Shown: positions 17,641 through 26,230 of the stretch, piece by piece | How positions within the stretch are numbered: position 1 is the first letter of the stretch | How the letters are laid out: each line of letters begins with the position of its first letter | Virus record (IMG/VR): IMGVR_UViG_2645727604_000022 | Source: a virus | Lineage: Duplodnaviria > Heunggongvirae > Uroviricota > Caudoviricetes | Reading direction: 5' to 3' (one strand) | DNA length: 31,466 nt | Translations under genes and position numbers: made by a program | The notes under the pieces: generated by a model | Databases searched by the model: none | The model's input: the letters and a program-made list of their open reading frames with translations, nothing else | Told to the model about the DNA's origin: nothing

Positions 17641-18923
17641 TTTCCGTTCCTGTAAATGATTTTCTGACCAGTTTTAGGGTTGGTTGCCGTTGCGCCTTCT
17701 GATATTCCTCCGGTTGCCGCTTTTGCCTGTCCAGTGCCAGCCTGTGATGTAGGCTGCCCGGAAACATCGTCAAATAGCTTCGCTTTCCTTCTTTCAAGGC
17801 TTTTTCTTAGCCCCTGAGGAATAGTTTCTCCATATGTATCGAGATACTCGTCAACCTGCTGGTTAAACTGCTGCCCCATAGCATTGGCGTTGATTTTTGC
17901 GGCGTTAACAATGTTATCCTTTGCCTCCTGCGACAGGCCGTTTCCAGCATTAAGCTGGTCTATGTATCCTTTGATTTGTCCCCATATGCCATCAGACCGC
18001 ATTACCTGAACCTGTTCGCCTTCACGAACGACTGACTGCGGGTCAAGAGATTTCATGTAGTTGAAGATAATCCCAAGTTGGGCAGCGCCAGTATTTACCT
18101 TGCTAAGGGCTTGCAGAGAGTTTGCCGCCGCTCTGACAGAGTTATAATTTTTGCCAAAATTGGTAATGTCAGAATTTAATCCCTTAATTAAGTCTGCTGA
18201 CGGCTTACCTTTTTGCCCCAGCTCCATTAGCTTCAATCCCATCTCATCTGAGTGAATTTGTGCTCGCTGAGCCCTGTCTAGTTGAGCGTTCTGGATATTT
18301 GCCCATCCTCTCGCGTTCTCCATGTCAGCCTGACGCATACTTTCATCCAGTCGCCCTTGCTCAAGTCGACGACCTTCCATTTGATCTTTGATATCGAAAT
18401 ACTTCTCATGACCGAGAGAAAACAGTGCCATACTACCAGCAAGCCGCTGGAACCCCTGTGGATCATTAACATGCATTTCGGCAACAGACTCAGGAGAAAT
18501 TCCCAAGCGACGCATTTCATCTTCGTTATCTGCTATGAATTTTCCAAATGCCCCAGTTCCGAGCGAAGATGCGATTTGAGCACTAGTCGCAAGATGACCA
18601 ATAGAATTTCTCTGGTCGTCATCAATAAAGCCCATCCCTTTCTGAACGCTTTCAAATTCTTCTGGATACTCAGAAATAAGACTGCGCATTTTGTTTCTGT
18701 CTCCAGACTCAAAAGCCCCGGCATATGCTTTCTGAAACTCTGCTTTACGCTGTTGTTGACGTGCCTGCTGATTAATCTCAGCAACGCCTCTTAGCCCCTG
18801 TAGCGCCATTAAACCTACGTTTGGCTGCTGCTGATACTGCACAGGCTGAGGAACGGAAGAACGAGGAGCATTATCATTTTGCGGTGCCATGCTAGGCAGC
18901 CCGCCAAGTTGCCATGTCGCCAT
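17625..18923 (-). CDS. Hypothetical coiled-coil protein (432 aa)
   Basis: Q-rich N-terminus; overlaps neighbouring genes by a few nt (translational coupling). Confidence 0.75.
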   Translation of the reverse strand: MATWQLGGLPSMAPQNDNAPRSSVPQPVQYQQQPNVGLMALQGLRGVAEINQQARQQQRKAEFQKAYAGAFESGDRNKMRSLISEYPEEFESVQKGMGFIDDDQRNSIGHLATSAQIASSLGTGAFGKFIADNEDEMRRLGISPESVAEMHVNDPQGFQRLAGSMALFSLGHEKYFDIKDQMEGRRLEQGRLDESMRQADMENARGWANIQNAQLDRAQRAQIHSDEMGLKLMELGQKGKPSADLIKGLNSDITNFGKNYNSVRAAANSLQALSKVNTGAAQLGIIFNYMKSLDPQSVVREGEQVQVMRSDGIWGQIKGYIDQLNAGNGLSQEAKDNIVNAAKINANAMGQQFNQQVDEYLDTYGETIPQGLRKSLERRKAKLFDDVSGQPTSQAGTGQAKAATGGISEGATATNPKTGQKIIYRNGKWQQM

Positions 18924-19600
18924 TAGAATCCAAGCCCCCCAACAAGACCAATAAGCCCACCACCAATAGCGCCGGCCGCAGTTCCTATTCCAGGAACAAC
19001 GGAACCAAGTTGCGCACCCGCTAAAGCGCCTGATGCTGCCCCACCAATACCACGCGCAAGACTGGATGGCTGCTGCGCCTGACCTGCACGAATAGCGCCA
19101 AGCCCCTGCAAGAGTTGTCCGGTATTATTGGCGTAGTTTTGCCCTGCCGTTGCCTGCCCTGATGCCGCATTCATCCCGACATTTAGCAGGTTTCCATAAT
19201 TTTGCATTTGCCCACTAAGCCAATTGTTATAAAGCATGGGCGCAATGGAAGATAACTGGTTACTGGTAGCTGTTGAGCCAAGCCCCCCGGTAGCTTCTGC
19301 TGAGACAAGGTTCTGATAACGGGCCTGATCTGCCTGTGTTTTATATAAACCAGAACCAAAGAAATCATTCGCGGCTTTATTCTGCCCTTCCAGAGTCATC
19401 AGTCCTTGTAGTTGTTGTAAAGCAGGCAATCCGACTTCTGCATACGGCTTGAGATTATTCATCACCGTATTCCACTGCTCGCGCTGCAAATCAATTGCCT
19501 GCTGCTGGGCCTTCGCCTGAGCTTTAGAGGCACCACCATCACCGCCTTTTTCGTATACGGCACGATTGAGATGTTTATGAGCTATATGGGTAATTAACAT
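18923..19600 (-). CDS. Hypothetical protein with extremely Gly-rich hydrophobic C-terminus (225 aa)
   Basis: C-terminus GIGGAASGALAGAQLGSVVPGIGTAAGAIGGGLIGLVGGLGF. Confidence 0.7.
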   Translation of the reverse strand: MLITHIAHKHLNRAVYEKGGDGGASKAQAKAQQQAIDLQREQWNTVMNNLKPYAEVGLPALQQLQGLMTLEGQNKAANDFFGSGLYKTQADQARYQNLVSAEATGGLGSTATSNQLSSIAPMLYNNWLSGQMQNYGNLLNVGMNAASGQATAGQNYANNTGQLLQGLGAIRAGQAQQPSSLARGIGGAASGALAGAQLGSVVPGIGTAAGAIGGGLIGLVGGLGF

Positions 19601-20055
19601 TCGCTGAATTCCTTATATTGTTGCCGAGTTAACTGATAAAGCGTTACGCCGACGGGTTTACCACATCTGATATAAGCATCATCAAGGTGACCAACACGGG
19701 TAGCGCCAAGCAAACGGATAATTGCCCGTCCGTATTTCGTGGTGTCAGGAACCATAGTGATGCTGTTAAGGAATGGTGAGTTTTCGAGAAGCCATTTGCA
19801 GAATAATCGATGTCCTTGCAGTGCATATTCACCACGGAATCCGGGGTCGTACACCGCATGGCATTCAACAACGCTATGCCAGAAGTTACGCACTTCATGA
19901 ACGCCAGCCAGCACTAATCCTTCGTAGATGCCGAGATATACCGCATCAGGCTTGATGTAGTACGTGTGCCCCGGCTCAACAATATTTTCGGTATTGCCTG
20001 GCTCGTTAAGAAAGGCCTGTAATCGCACAGGGTTATCAATAAATTTTAGTTCCAT
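19594..20055 (-). CDS. Hypothetical protein (153 aa)
   Basis: ORF coupled to downstream genes; no diagnostic motif (GNAT motif looked for and not found). Confidence 0.7.
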   Translation of the reverse strand: MELKFIDNPVRLQAFLNEPGNTENIVEPGHTYYIKPDAVYLGIYEGLVLAGVHEVRNFWHSVVECHAVYDPGFRGEYALQGHRLFCKWLLENSPFLNSITMVPDTTKYGRAIIRLLGATRVGHLDDAYIRCGKPVGVTLYQLTRQQYKEFSEC

Positions 20056-20071
20056 GCGATGCCATCCATTT

Positions 20072-20233
20072 TCACATACAGCCTGCCAGCGCCTTATCTA
20101 TTAACCCTCGTGCAATTTCATGCAGAGTTGGCGCTACTCCAATTCCTGATTTTTTACGCTGCTCTTCCTGAATTTTCTTTATCGCTTCCATTTGCTTCTC
20201 ACTTATCAATACCGGCTTTACTGAAATAGCCAT
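20072..20233 (-). CDS. Small RHH-like putative regulator (53 aa), first gene of the operon; not in the ORF track
   Basis: Hand translation MAISVKPVLISEKQMEAIKKIQEEQRKKSGIGVAPTLHEIARGLIDKALAGCM; GGGGG 5 nt before ATG. Confidence 0.45.
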   Translation of the reverse strand: MAISVKPVLISEKQMEAIKKIQEEQRKKSGIGVAPTLHEIARGLIDKALAGCM

Positions 20234-20248
20234 AACGCCCCCTTAGAA

Positions 20249-20264
20249 CTGTATAAAACAACAG
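20249..20264. promoter_or_regulatory. LexA-type SOS box CTGTATAAAACAACAG, immediately downstream of a perfect TATAAT (20267-20272, minus strand)
   Basis: Matches CTGT-N8-ACAG with an AT-rich spacer; sits 16-31 bp upstream of the RHH start codon; only such box found in the window. Confidence 0.45.
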
Positions 20265-20678
20265 TTATTATAGTTTCACAAATCGCAATATTCATCATCG
20301 TAATTGCAAAATATGAAACAAATAGCACAAAAAAATGCCACCGCTCAGTAGCTGGTGGCATCGTTCTGTGTGTCAGGTTTTGACAGGTTTTTTATGGACT
20401 CTAAAAACTATATTTATGGTGTCGCATTACTCTTCACGGCAGGCGCTTTTCAGTTCTGCCCTTGCTTCTGGCTCCATTGGTAATTTGATTCGCGATCAGC
20501 TATGCGGATGGTTTGCTGAACAGGCATAACAACTTCTCAGAGGCTGTTTTCTGAACTACGAAAATTTCGTAGTGCTCACTTTCAAAAACGTCACGCCCTT
20601 GTACACAGGATTTTACGAAAGTCTCGTAAAACACTCTCTGATGCCAGCCAGGTGTTGTGCGCATCAATTCAGTCACAT

Positions 20679-20799
20679 TGTGTTGGTTCAAAATACCGTG
20701 TTGTTGGTTCAGTGTTGGTTCAATAAAAAGAATAAAATCCTTATAAAACAATACTCTTTACAAATTGAACCAACTGAACCAACTGAACCAACACCTTTT
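20679..20799. repeat. Iteron cluster IR-R: inverted partner of 13641-13770, 19 bp downstream of the primase-helicase stop
   Basis: Three spaced GTTGGTTCA then TGAACCAACTGAACCAACTGAACCAAC. Confidence 0.65.
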
Positions 20800-20817
20800 C
20801 TACGCACATGAAGAAGC

Positions 20818-23577
20818 TCATTCTTCAGATGAGTTATAATCTCCTGGCTGGTAATTGAGTACATAAACGTTTATTTGTCGTCCCTGAATACGTGGTGATT
20901 TTCTTTGGTATCCACGACCGCTGTTTGGTGGGGTTAGCATCCCGGCTTTTTTCAACACTTCAGCAAACTGTTTTGCGTTGAAACCACATGCGATCTCCTT
21001 TTCAAATGTGGCCGGGAATGTGTAGAAAATCATTGGGCTTTCGTCATGTTCTCCACGCTGACGGTATCCGGCTAAATCTTTGATGGGCAAATCTGCCGGG
21101 CTGTATGGAAATGGTGCAAAACGGCTAAGCCCATAGGCATTAAGAAATGCCTCCGTTTGTTCAATAATCTGCTGATGCTCTTTGTTACCTGTGCCGAACT
21201 CGCGCAACCATGCGTTATAGCTGTGCTGTATCGCATCACGGCATGTCTGAGCATCCCAGCCTGTTACAACCTCGCCTAACAACAATGCGGCCTCCAGAAT
21301 GGCAAATCGCGCGGCTACACGGTGAACCTGCTCACCATAATCGGATGGGATCAGGCTTCTCCATCTGCTTTCGCAGTCACGAACGGTTTTAATAGCCTGT
21401 TGCTGGTGGTCTGCCAGCCATTTAATCCACTCACGCCCGGACGCGCCGTGGTGATGCTGGTAAGCGTCTTTCAGTGCGTCTGCGTGCTGTTTTCCGTTCT
21501 GGTAATCGTGAAAGCGTACTGCTTTACTCAACGGAATATTCAGCAGTCGCACCAGTTGCCCGGCTTTGGTTTTTCGCCCGGAAGTAGCGATAAATGTTTC
21601 TAAATCCATTTCTCCGGTGCTGATTGCCACTGTACGCCAGCGTTTTAGATCCCGGTTTCCACCATCTTTAGCGCCTTGCAGTTTCCCTACACCGTTAAAT
21701 AACGCATAGGCAGACTGTGAGACGCTGACAGGATCAGCGCCCTGACCAACTTCATCAAGCGGCATTAGTCCGTCATTGTGGGCGGCGGCCTCATTTGCCA
21801 GCCCCAGCGCGGTTCCGTACCACGTCAGCCGCAGTAAATCAGGGTTGCCGTATAAGCTGCTCGCCACGTTTGCCGTGGTGGTCTTACCTGCGCTCGACTG
21901 CTCATAGAAATGAATGCCGAACCCGTCAGCGCCCACCAGCCCAATCAATGGCGCTGCCAGTGCTGCGCCGATCCCGGTCATCATTGAATAGTTACCAAAG
22001 GACAGACGCGCCACGTTATCACGCCAGCTTTTCTCGCTCCCTGAGACGGTATATCCGGCTGCGGCTGAGCTTCTCCCGCTGAACAGCACAGGATTTTCAG
22101 GTGTTCCGATGATTTCCCCATCAGGCATGATGTACGCTCCGCATTGCCAGCCAGTGGCATGAGCAACACGCCACAATTCACGAGAGCCACTGCGTTGTAG
22201 CCAGTCTGCCAGTATTGCTCTGAGGCTGCTTTTGGTCGTGACATTTACCCCACCAGCTTTAAGTGTGCGCCATCCTTCACGTTCACCAATATCAGCCAGT
22301 GGAATGGCAGCGGTTGTCGGCGTTTCAGAACCAAACGACAGCCAGCGAAGAATGAGATACTGGTCTTTATCGTCTCTGCCAGTACCGATAACGCTTAACG
22401 GAGAACATAACCAGCTTTCGTTATTGATGATTTCTCCACTCTGGCTGTCAGCTCTCGGAGATACCCAATAAATACCATCCTCGCGGCTTTCTATTCTTGG
22501 TTTCAGTGGATCGGTATCCATAACCTTAAAATCGCTTCCCTCAATGGTCTGTGGCTCCTGTTTCACGCCATTACCCTGTGGTTGGTACATTGACTTATTG
22601 AACGCTTCTGTGGCGCATTTAATGCCGTGTTTTTGGTGGTAATCATTCCAGTCTGCTTTGTGATCTGTCGGGGGTAATGCCACCCATCCAGAAACAGATA
22701 AAGCTGCTTTTTCTGCTGCTATTCTCCCCGTGTTTTGTCTTCCTTCGCTGTGGTCGTTATCCGCAGCAATGATGATTTGTGCTGAAGGAAATTTATCCCG
22801 CAGTACCTGGGCGACATATAACAGGTTCCCGGCATCAATCGCCGCCACTGTCAGCGCCTCTGGACGCATTAAATGGGCAGATAATGCCGTTGCCAGCCCT
22901 TCTGCGATTAAGATGCTCTGTGTTGTTTCTGGTGCGTTTATGGCGTGATATGCCCCTCGCTTTGCTGAACCTGTCAGGAGTCTTTTTTCACCATGTGAGG
23001 TAATAGTCTGTGCTGCTGTTACTGCGCCGGATTTATCCACCAGCGCCAGCAACAGAGATCCATCGGGCAACACGGGGAATGTAAAATCACCTACCCCTTT
23101 CGCAACCAGATAATCAGATTTGCCGTTTACAGCCTTTCTGCGCATGTCATCAAACTGACGGGAAAACGTATCCCGTCTTTGTTGTTCGTCCTTCTCTGCC
23201 CTTTTCAGGCGCTCCTGTTCGCGTCGCTGGCGCTCGGTTTCCAGTTGTTCCCGTTTCTGGCTGGTGGCTTCTGGTGTTTCCGTTGTCCGGTAATCAATAC
23301 CCAGAACATCAGCGGCAAGAAGCGCCGCCTCTGTTGTGTCGCAGTTATTTACGCGTTTAATTAAATCCAGCCCATCACCAGCGCCGCACTGATTACAGAT
23401 GAAGCTACCGCGCCCGTTGTCATCGAACCGGAATCGATCTTTGCCCCCACATGCAGGGCAGGGAGCATGACGGCGCGGAGAGTCAGGGACATTTATGTTC
23501 AGGCAGCCCAGCACATGAGGCCAGTTGTTTTCAGACGCACTGATAACCTGACGGATAAGATCAATGTTTCGCATCAC
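20818..23577 (-). CDS. P4 alpha-like primase-helicase (919 aa)
   Basis: N-terminal zinc-ribbon CPACGG...CNQCG, P-loop YEQSSAGKTTT; size and context typical of satellite/island replication proteins. Confidence 0.85.
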   Translation of the reverse strand: MMRNIDLIRQVISASENNWPHVLGCLNINVPDSPRRHAPCPACGGKDRFRFDDNGRGSFICNQCGAGDGLDLIKRVNNCDTTEAALLAADVLGIDYRTTETPEATSQKREQLETERQRREQERLKRAEKDEQQRRDTFSRQFDDMRRKAVNGKSDYLVAKGVGDFTFPVLPDGSLLLALVDKSGAVTAAQTITSHGEKRLLTGSAKRGAYHAINAPETTQSILIAEGLATALSAHLMRPEALTVAAIDAGNLLYVAQVLRDKFPSAQIIIAADNDHSEGRQNTGRIAAEKAALSVSGWVALPPTDHKADWNDYHQKHGIKCATEAFNKSMYQPQGNGVKQEPQTIEGSDFKVMDTDPLKPRIESREDGIYWVSPRADSQSGEIINNESWLCSPLSVIGTGRDDKDQYLILRWLSFGSETPTTAAIPLADIGEREGWRTLKAGGVNVTTKSSLRAILADWLQRSGSRELWRVAHATGWQCGAYIMPDGEIIGTPENPVLFSGRSSAAAGYTVSGSEKSWRDNVARLSFGNYSMMTGIGAALAAPLIGLVGADGFGIHFYEQSSAGKTTTANVASSLYGNPDLLRLTWYGTALGLANEAAAHNDGLMPLDEVGQGADPVSVSQSAYALFNGVGKLQGAKDGGNRDLKRWRTVAISTGEMDLETFIATSGRKTKAGQLVRLLNIPLSKAVRFHDYQNGKQHADALKDAYQHHHGASGREWIKWLADHQQQAIKTVRDCESRWRSLIPSDYGEQVHRVAARFAILEAALLLGEVVTGWDAQTCRDAIQHSYNAWLREFGTGNKEHQQIIEQTEAFLNAYGLSRFAPFPYSPADLPIKDLAGYRQRGEHDESPMIFYTFPATFEKEIACGFNAKQFAEVLKKAGMLTPPNSGRGYQRKSPRIQGRQINVYVLNYQPGDYNSSEE

Positions 23578-23932
23578 CGTACCCCACGTGGTCTATAGCG
23601 TTTGCGATATGGCTAACTAGCATCTGCCACTTGGTTATTCCGTAATCAGTCAGCATGCCATCATTGTTTAGCCACATATCAAATTCAGCGGTTGTCGCAA
23701 GTTTCCACTTATCGCCGTGGACAGTCCTCATTGCTGGGTACATGAATGCGCAAATCAGATCACAAACATCTGACGGCTTCAGAGATGTAGTAATGGTGCG
23801 TCCCTCTGGCGTCTGAATTGCCATTTTCTCTTCACCAGTAGAATGAAGGTTATGAATCCACACAGCACCAGCAATCTTTGCCACCTGCTCTCCGATTGCG
23901 GAGCTAAGCGCCATTTCTACATTTTCACGCAT
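23561..23932 (-). CDS. Hypothetical protein (123 aa)
   Basis: ORF overlapping the primase start (coupled). Confidence 0.55.
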   Translation of the reverse strand: MRENVEMALSSAIGEQVAKIAGAVWIHNLHSTGEEKMAIQTPEGRTITTSLKPSDVCDLICAFMYPAMRTVHGDKWKLATTAEFDMWLNNDGMLTDYGITKWQMLVSHIANAIDHVGYGDAKH

Positions 23933-24266
23933 GAGAACCTCCCGCTACAGTTGCGCCCATGTCATTAACCATGCTTTGCCATATCTCACGCCCGACGTCA
24001 GTCAATCTGTCCTTAGTGACGCAACGATCAAGAAGCTCGATCCCCACGGTTTCCCACTGCGGGTAGAACACTTTCATGGCTGCCAGTGCGTAACTATCGA
24101 TCAGGCTGCGAACGCCTTTTACTCCATTGACGATTTCCACACGGACGGCCTCTCCGTCCGCATCAATCATGAAATAGTCCCCGCCGCTGGTGGAGGTAAT
24201 GTGGTTATACAGTGCTGACGCATACTTATTTGCCAGCGCATTCAGTCGGAAATTTTTAGTAATCAT
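23925..24266 (-). CDS. Hypothetical protein (113 aa)
   Basis: ORF in the coupled gene chain. Confidence 0.55.
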   Translation of the reverse strand: MITKNFRLNALANKYASALYNHITSTSGGDYFMIDADGEAVRVEIVNGVKGVRSLIDSYALAAMKVFYPQWETVGIELLDRCVTKDRLTDVGREIWQSMVNDMGATVAGGSHA

Positions 24267-24276
24267 GGCTCCATCC

Positions 24277-24879
24277 TCAGTGCGTCACTGGTTCCGCTGG
24301 CATGCCGTTTTCATTCAGTTCAGCTATAAAGCTGTTGTGAAGTTCAGCAAGCGTTTCACGACCAAATGGAGTCAGTGCTCCTTGTTCCACATCCATCATG
24401 GCTCTGTAGAAAATGATGGCGCGTTCTGTGCCAGACTCGATGCCAAAACGTTCTATCATCGCGCCCTCAATGTTGTTTGCCATAGCGAGGCGCTCTGCTA
24501 CTGGATACAGCGGCATGGCGACGATGCCGTTGGAATAAACAGCCACTTCGGAAGGATTGCCAGTATCATCAATGATGCTGACAGTGCCGTTTTCCTTTCT
24601 CATTTCATTGATGAATGCTGTTGCTATCAGCCAGCGCCACATAATCACGTGATGCTGTGATGTGTAATCGAAATATCCCTGGTTGCCGCCACTGGCAATA
24701 GCGAGATGTATAAACATGCCTTCATCTGGTTTATCGTCATAATCCCCGGCATCCAGACGATTTACGGCATCAATATATGAGACGGTCTCAACGCGTTCTG
24801 TCATGCCATCGTTGCTGCGGTACATGATGTTTACGCCGTCAGGCGTTGCTTCTGCATGGAAAGTTAAGAAATTATTCAT
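24277..24879 (-). CDS. Hypothetical protein (about 200 aa; start assigned to internal ATG 24879 rather than ORF-track 24984)
   Basis: GAGG 6 nt before ATG 24879; 8-nt overlap with the upstream gene. Confidence 0.5.
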   Translation of the reverse strand: MNNFLTFHAEATPDGVNIMYRSNDGMTERVETVSYIDAVNRLDAGDYDDKPDEGMFIHLAIASGGNQGYFDYTSQHHVIMWRWLIATAFINEMRKENGTVSIIDDTGNPSEVAVYSNGIVAMPLYPVAERLAMANNIEGAMIERFGIESGTERAIIFYRAMMDVEQGALTPFGRETLAELHNSFIAELNENGMPAEPVTH

Positions 24880-25093
24880 GTTTCGCCTCGCCTGAATGAT
24901 TCTGTAACTCATATTTGCCCAACAATTCGTCTGCTTCCTGAATAGCTTCTGGTACGCCATTGAGCAGTGACATAACCGCGCCAATCATTAACTTGTCTCT
25001 GTTGCTGGGGCTGGCCCCTTCAAGCCAGAACCCTAAAACAGTCTGAACCTGTTCGATGCGACATTGCGCTTCAATGAGCTGGATGTTGGTCAT
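24872..25093 (-). CDS. Hypothetical small protein (73 aa)
   Basis: ORF in the coupled gene chain. Confidence 0.45.
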   Translation of the reverse strand: MTNIQLIEAQCRIEQVQTVLGFWLEGASPSNRDKLMIGAVMSLLNGVPEAIQEADELLGKYELQNHSGEAKHE

Positions 25094-25353
25094 TTCGCAC
25101 TCTCCACATCGATTAAACCGATATCTATCAGGGAGGTAACTTTTTGTAGCCAGCTATTGATTACTGTCGCCTGTTCCCCTCCCACCGAGGGAACAATCTC
25201 ATTCATCACATGAACCAGACCTGTGCGCGCTCTGGTAAGCCGTTCAGTCGCGCAATCTGCGGGAGTGAATGTGTCTGGATATGGCTCTTCGCGCCCCAGC
25301 AATGATTCAATTTCCAGCTCACACGGATGACGATAAATTAAGTTGATATTCAT
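25090..25353 (-). CDS. Hypothetical small protein (87 aa)
   Basis: ORF in the coupled gene chain. Confidence 0.45.
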   Translation of the reverse strand: MNINLIYRHPCELEIESLLGREEPYPDTFTPADCATERLTRARTGLVHVMNEIVPSVGGEQATVINSWLQKVTSLIDIGLIDVESAK

Positions 25354-25544
25354 TTTTCACCCCCAAGAATTACCAGCTCGGCACGGGCATCGTTAACCAA
25401 AGATGAGCACGCTTTAATCGCATCCACGACATCAGCAGCGTCCATTTCTTCAGCCGAAAGACTGACAGCAACCAGGACAGCCGCTGCTTGCTCGATTAAT
25501 TGAAGTGCGGACGTAAGGCGAGGGGTATTAATTGAGTTATTCAT
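25350..25544 (-). CDS. Hypothetical small protein (64 aa from ATG 25544)
   Basis: GGGGG 6 nt before ATG; 8-nt overlap with the upstream gene. Confidence 0.45.
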   Translation of the reverse strand: MNNSINTPRLTSALQLIEQAAAVLVAVSLSAEEMDAADVVDAIKACSSLVNDARAELVILGGEK

Positions 25545-25755
25545 TGGTTGCCCCCGTTTTGCATGGCATTTGTCCACCTTCCAGCAGGAAATGAACGTCA
25601 CGAACGGCGAGATCCAATATCGCGAGTAACGCCTTCAGTCTTTCGTCTCGTGAGGGAGAGTTGCTCACCAGAATGTCGTTAATCACTTCTGTCAGTGTGA
25701 TGATCTGGCTTGTGCGTTCGAGGGGATCCATATGCACATCGTAGGTTTTAATCAT
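25537..25755 (-). CDS. Hypothetical small protein (72 aa)
   Basis: SD GGAGG 6 nt before ATG 25755; lies in the C-terminal frame of the 342-aa track ORF. Confidence 0.45.
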   Translation of the reverse strand: MIKTYDVHMDPLERTSQIITLTEVINDILVSNSPSRDERLKALLAILDLAVRDVHFLLEGGQMPCKTGATNE

Positions 25756-25942
25756 GTGCCACCTCCATGCGGATACGACCAGCAAAAAAGCAGATGTGAT
25801 CGCGCACCAGAGAACGGCGAGCATCGCGTTCAGACTCGGCAGCAATATGATGAATTTTGGCGGTAATTGTCGGGCAATCGCGGCGAACTGCGGCGATAAT
25901 CCAGATAAATTGCGGTTTTTGGGTAGGGGTAGTAGCCAGCAT
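25748..25942 (-). CDS. Hypothetical small protein (64 aa), first gene of the coupled chain leading to the primase
   Basis: Strong SD AAGGAGG 7 nt before ATG. Confidence 0.5.
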   Translation of the reverse strand: MLATTPTQKPQFIWIIAAVRRDCPTITAKIHHIAAESERDARRSLVRDHICFFAGRIRMEVAHD

Positions 25943-26099
25943 GTGGCAGCCTCCTTGATTGATGTTTTATAGCCACCGCCGGAGGTCCTAAGCTCGCTGG
26001 CGGTGGACTGTACAGGGTTAGGACTACTGGCAATCAAGGAAACCAGCCTGACCGAAGTCAGCCCCATACAGCCCACCATTGATAAGGTGTGCGTGTGCG

Positions 26100-26230
26100 C
26101 CGATACAAAAAAAGACGCTGGCGCGTCATGTATCGCCTCGATTGCCTGCGGGGTCCTAATCCCGGCACCCGTTTTATGAGGTGCCTTATAACCATAAACC
26201 GTGTTGCCGCATAACGGCAAGCTCTTTTTT
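26100..26230 (+). ncRNA. Candidate structured small RNA ending in an intrinsic terminator
   Basis: Hairpins GACGC-TGGC-GCGTC (26114-26127), GGCACC-N10-GGTGCC (26164-26185), terminator TTGCCG-CATAA-CGGCAA followed by CTCTTTTTT (26204-26230). Confidence 0.3.

Noticed and set aside
18282-18794. 170-aa plus-strand ORF and other short ORFs nested in large genes (e.g. 21795-22082, 16349-16663)
   Set aside because: Antisense to long, well-supported coding frames
19594-20055. GNAT-type toxin paired with the RHH (TacAT-like TA system)
   Set aside because: No acetyl-CoA-binding R/Q-x-x-G-x-G/A motif seen in the 153-aa protein
20500-20811. ORFs 20500-20751 (minus) and 20572-20811 (plus)
   Set aside because: Run through the iteron cluster; likely artefacts of repeat sequence
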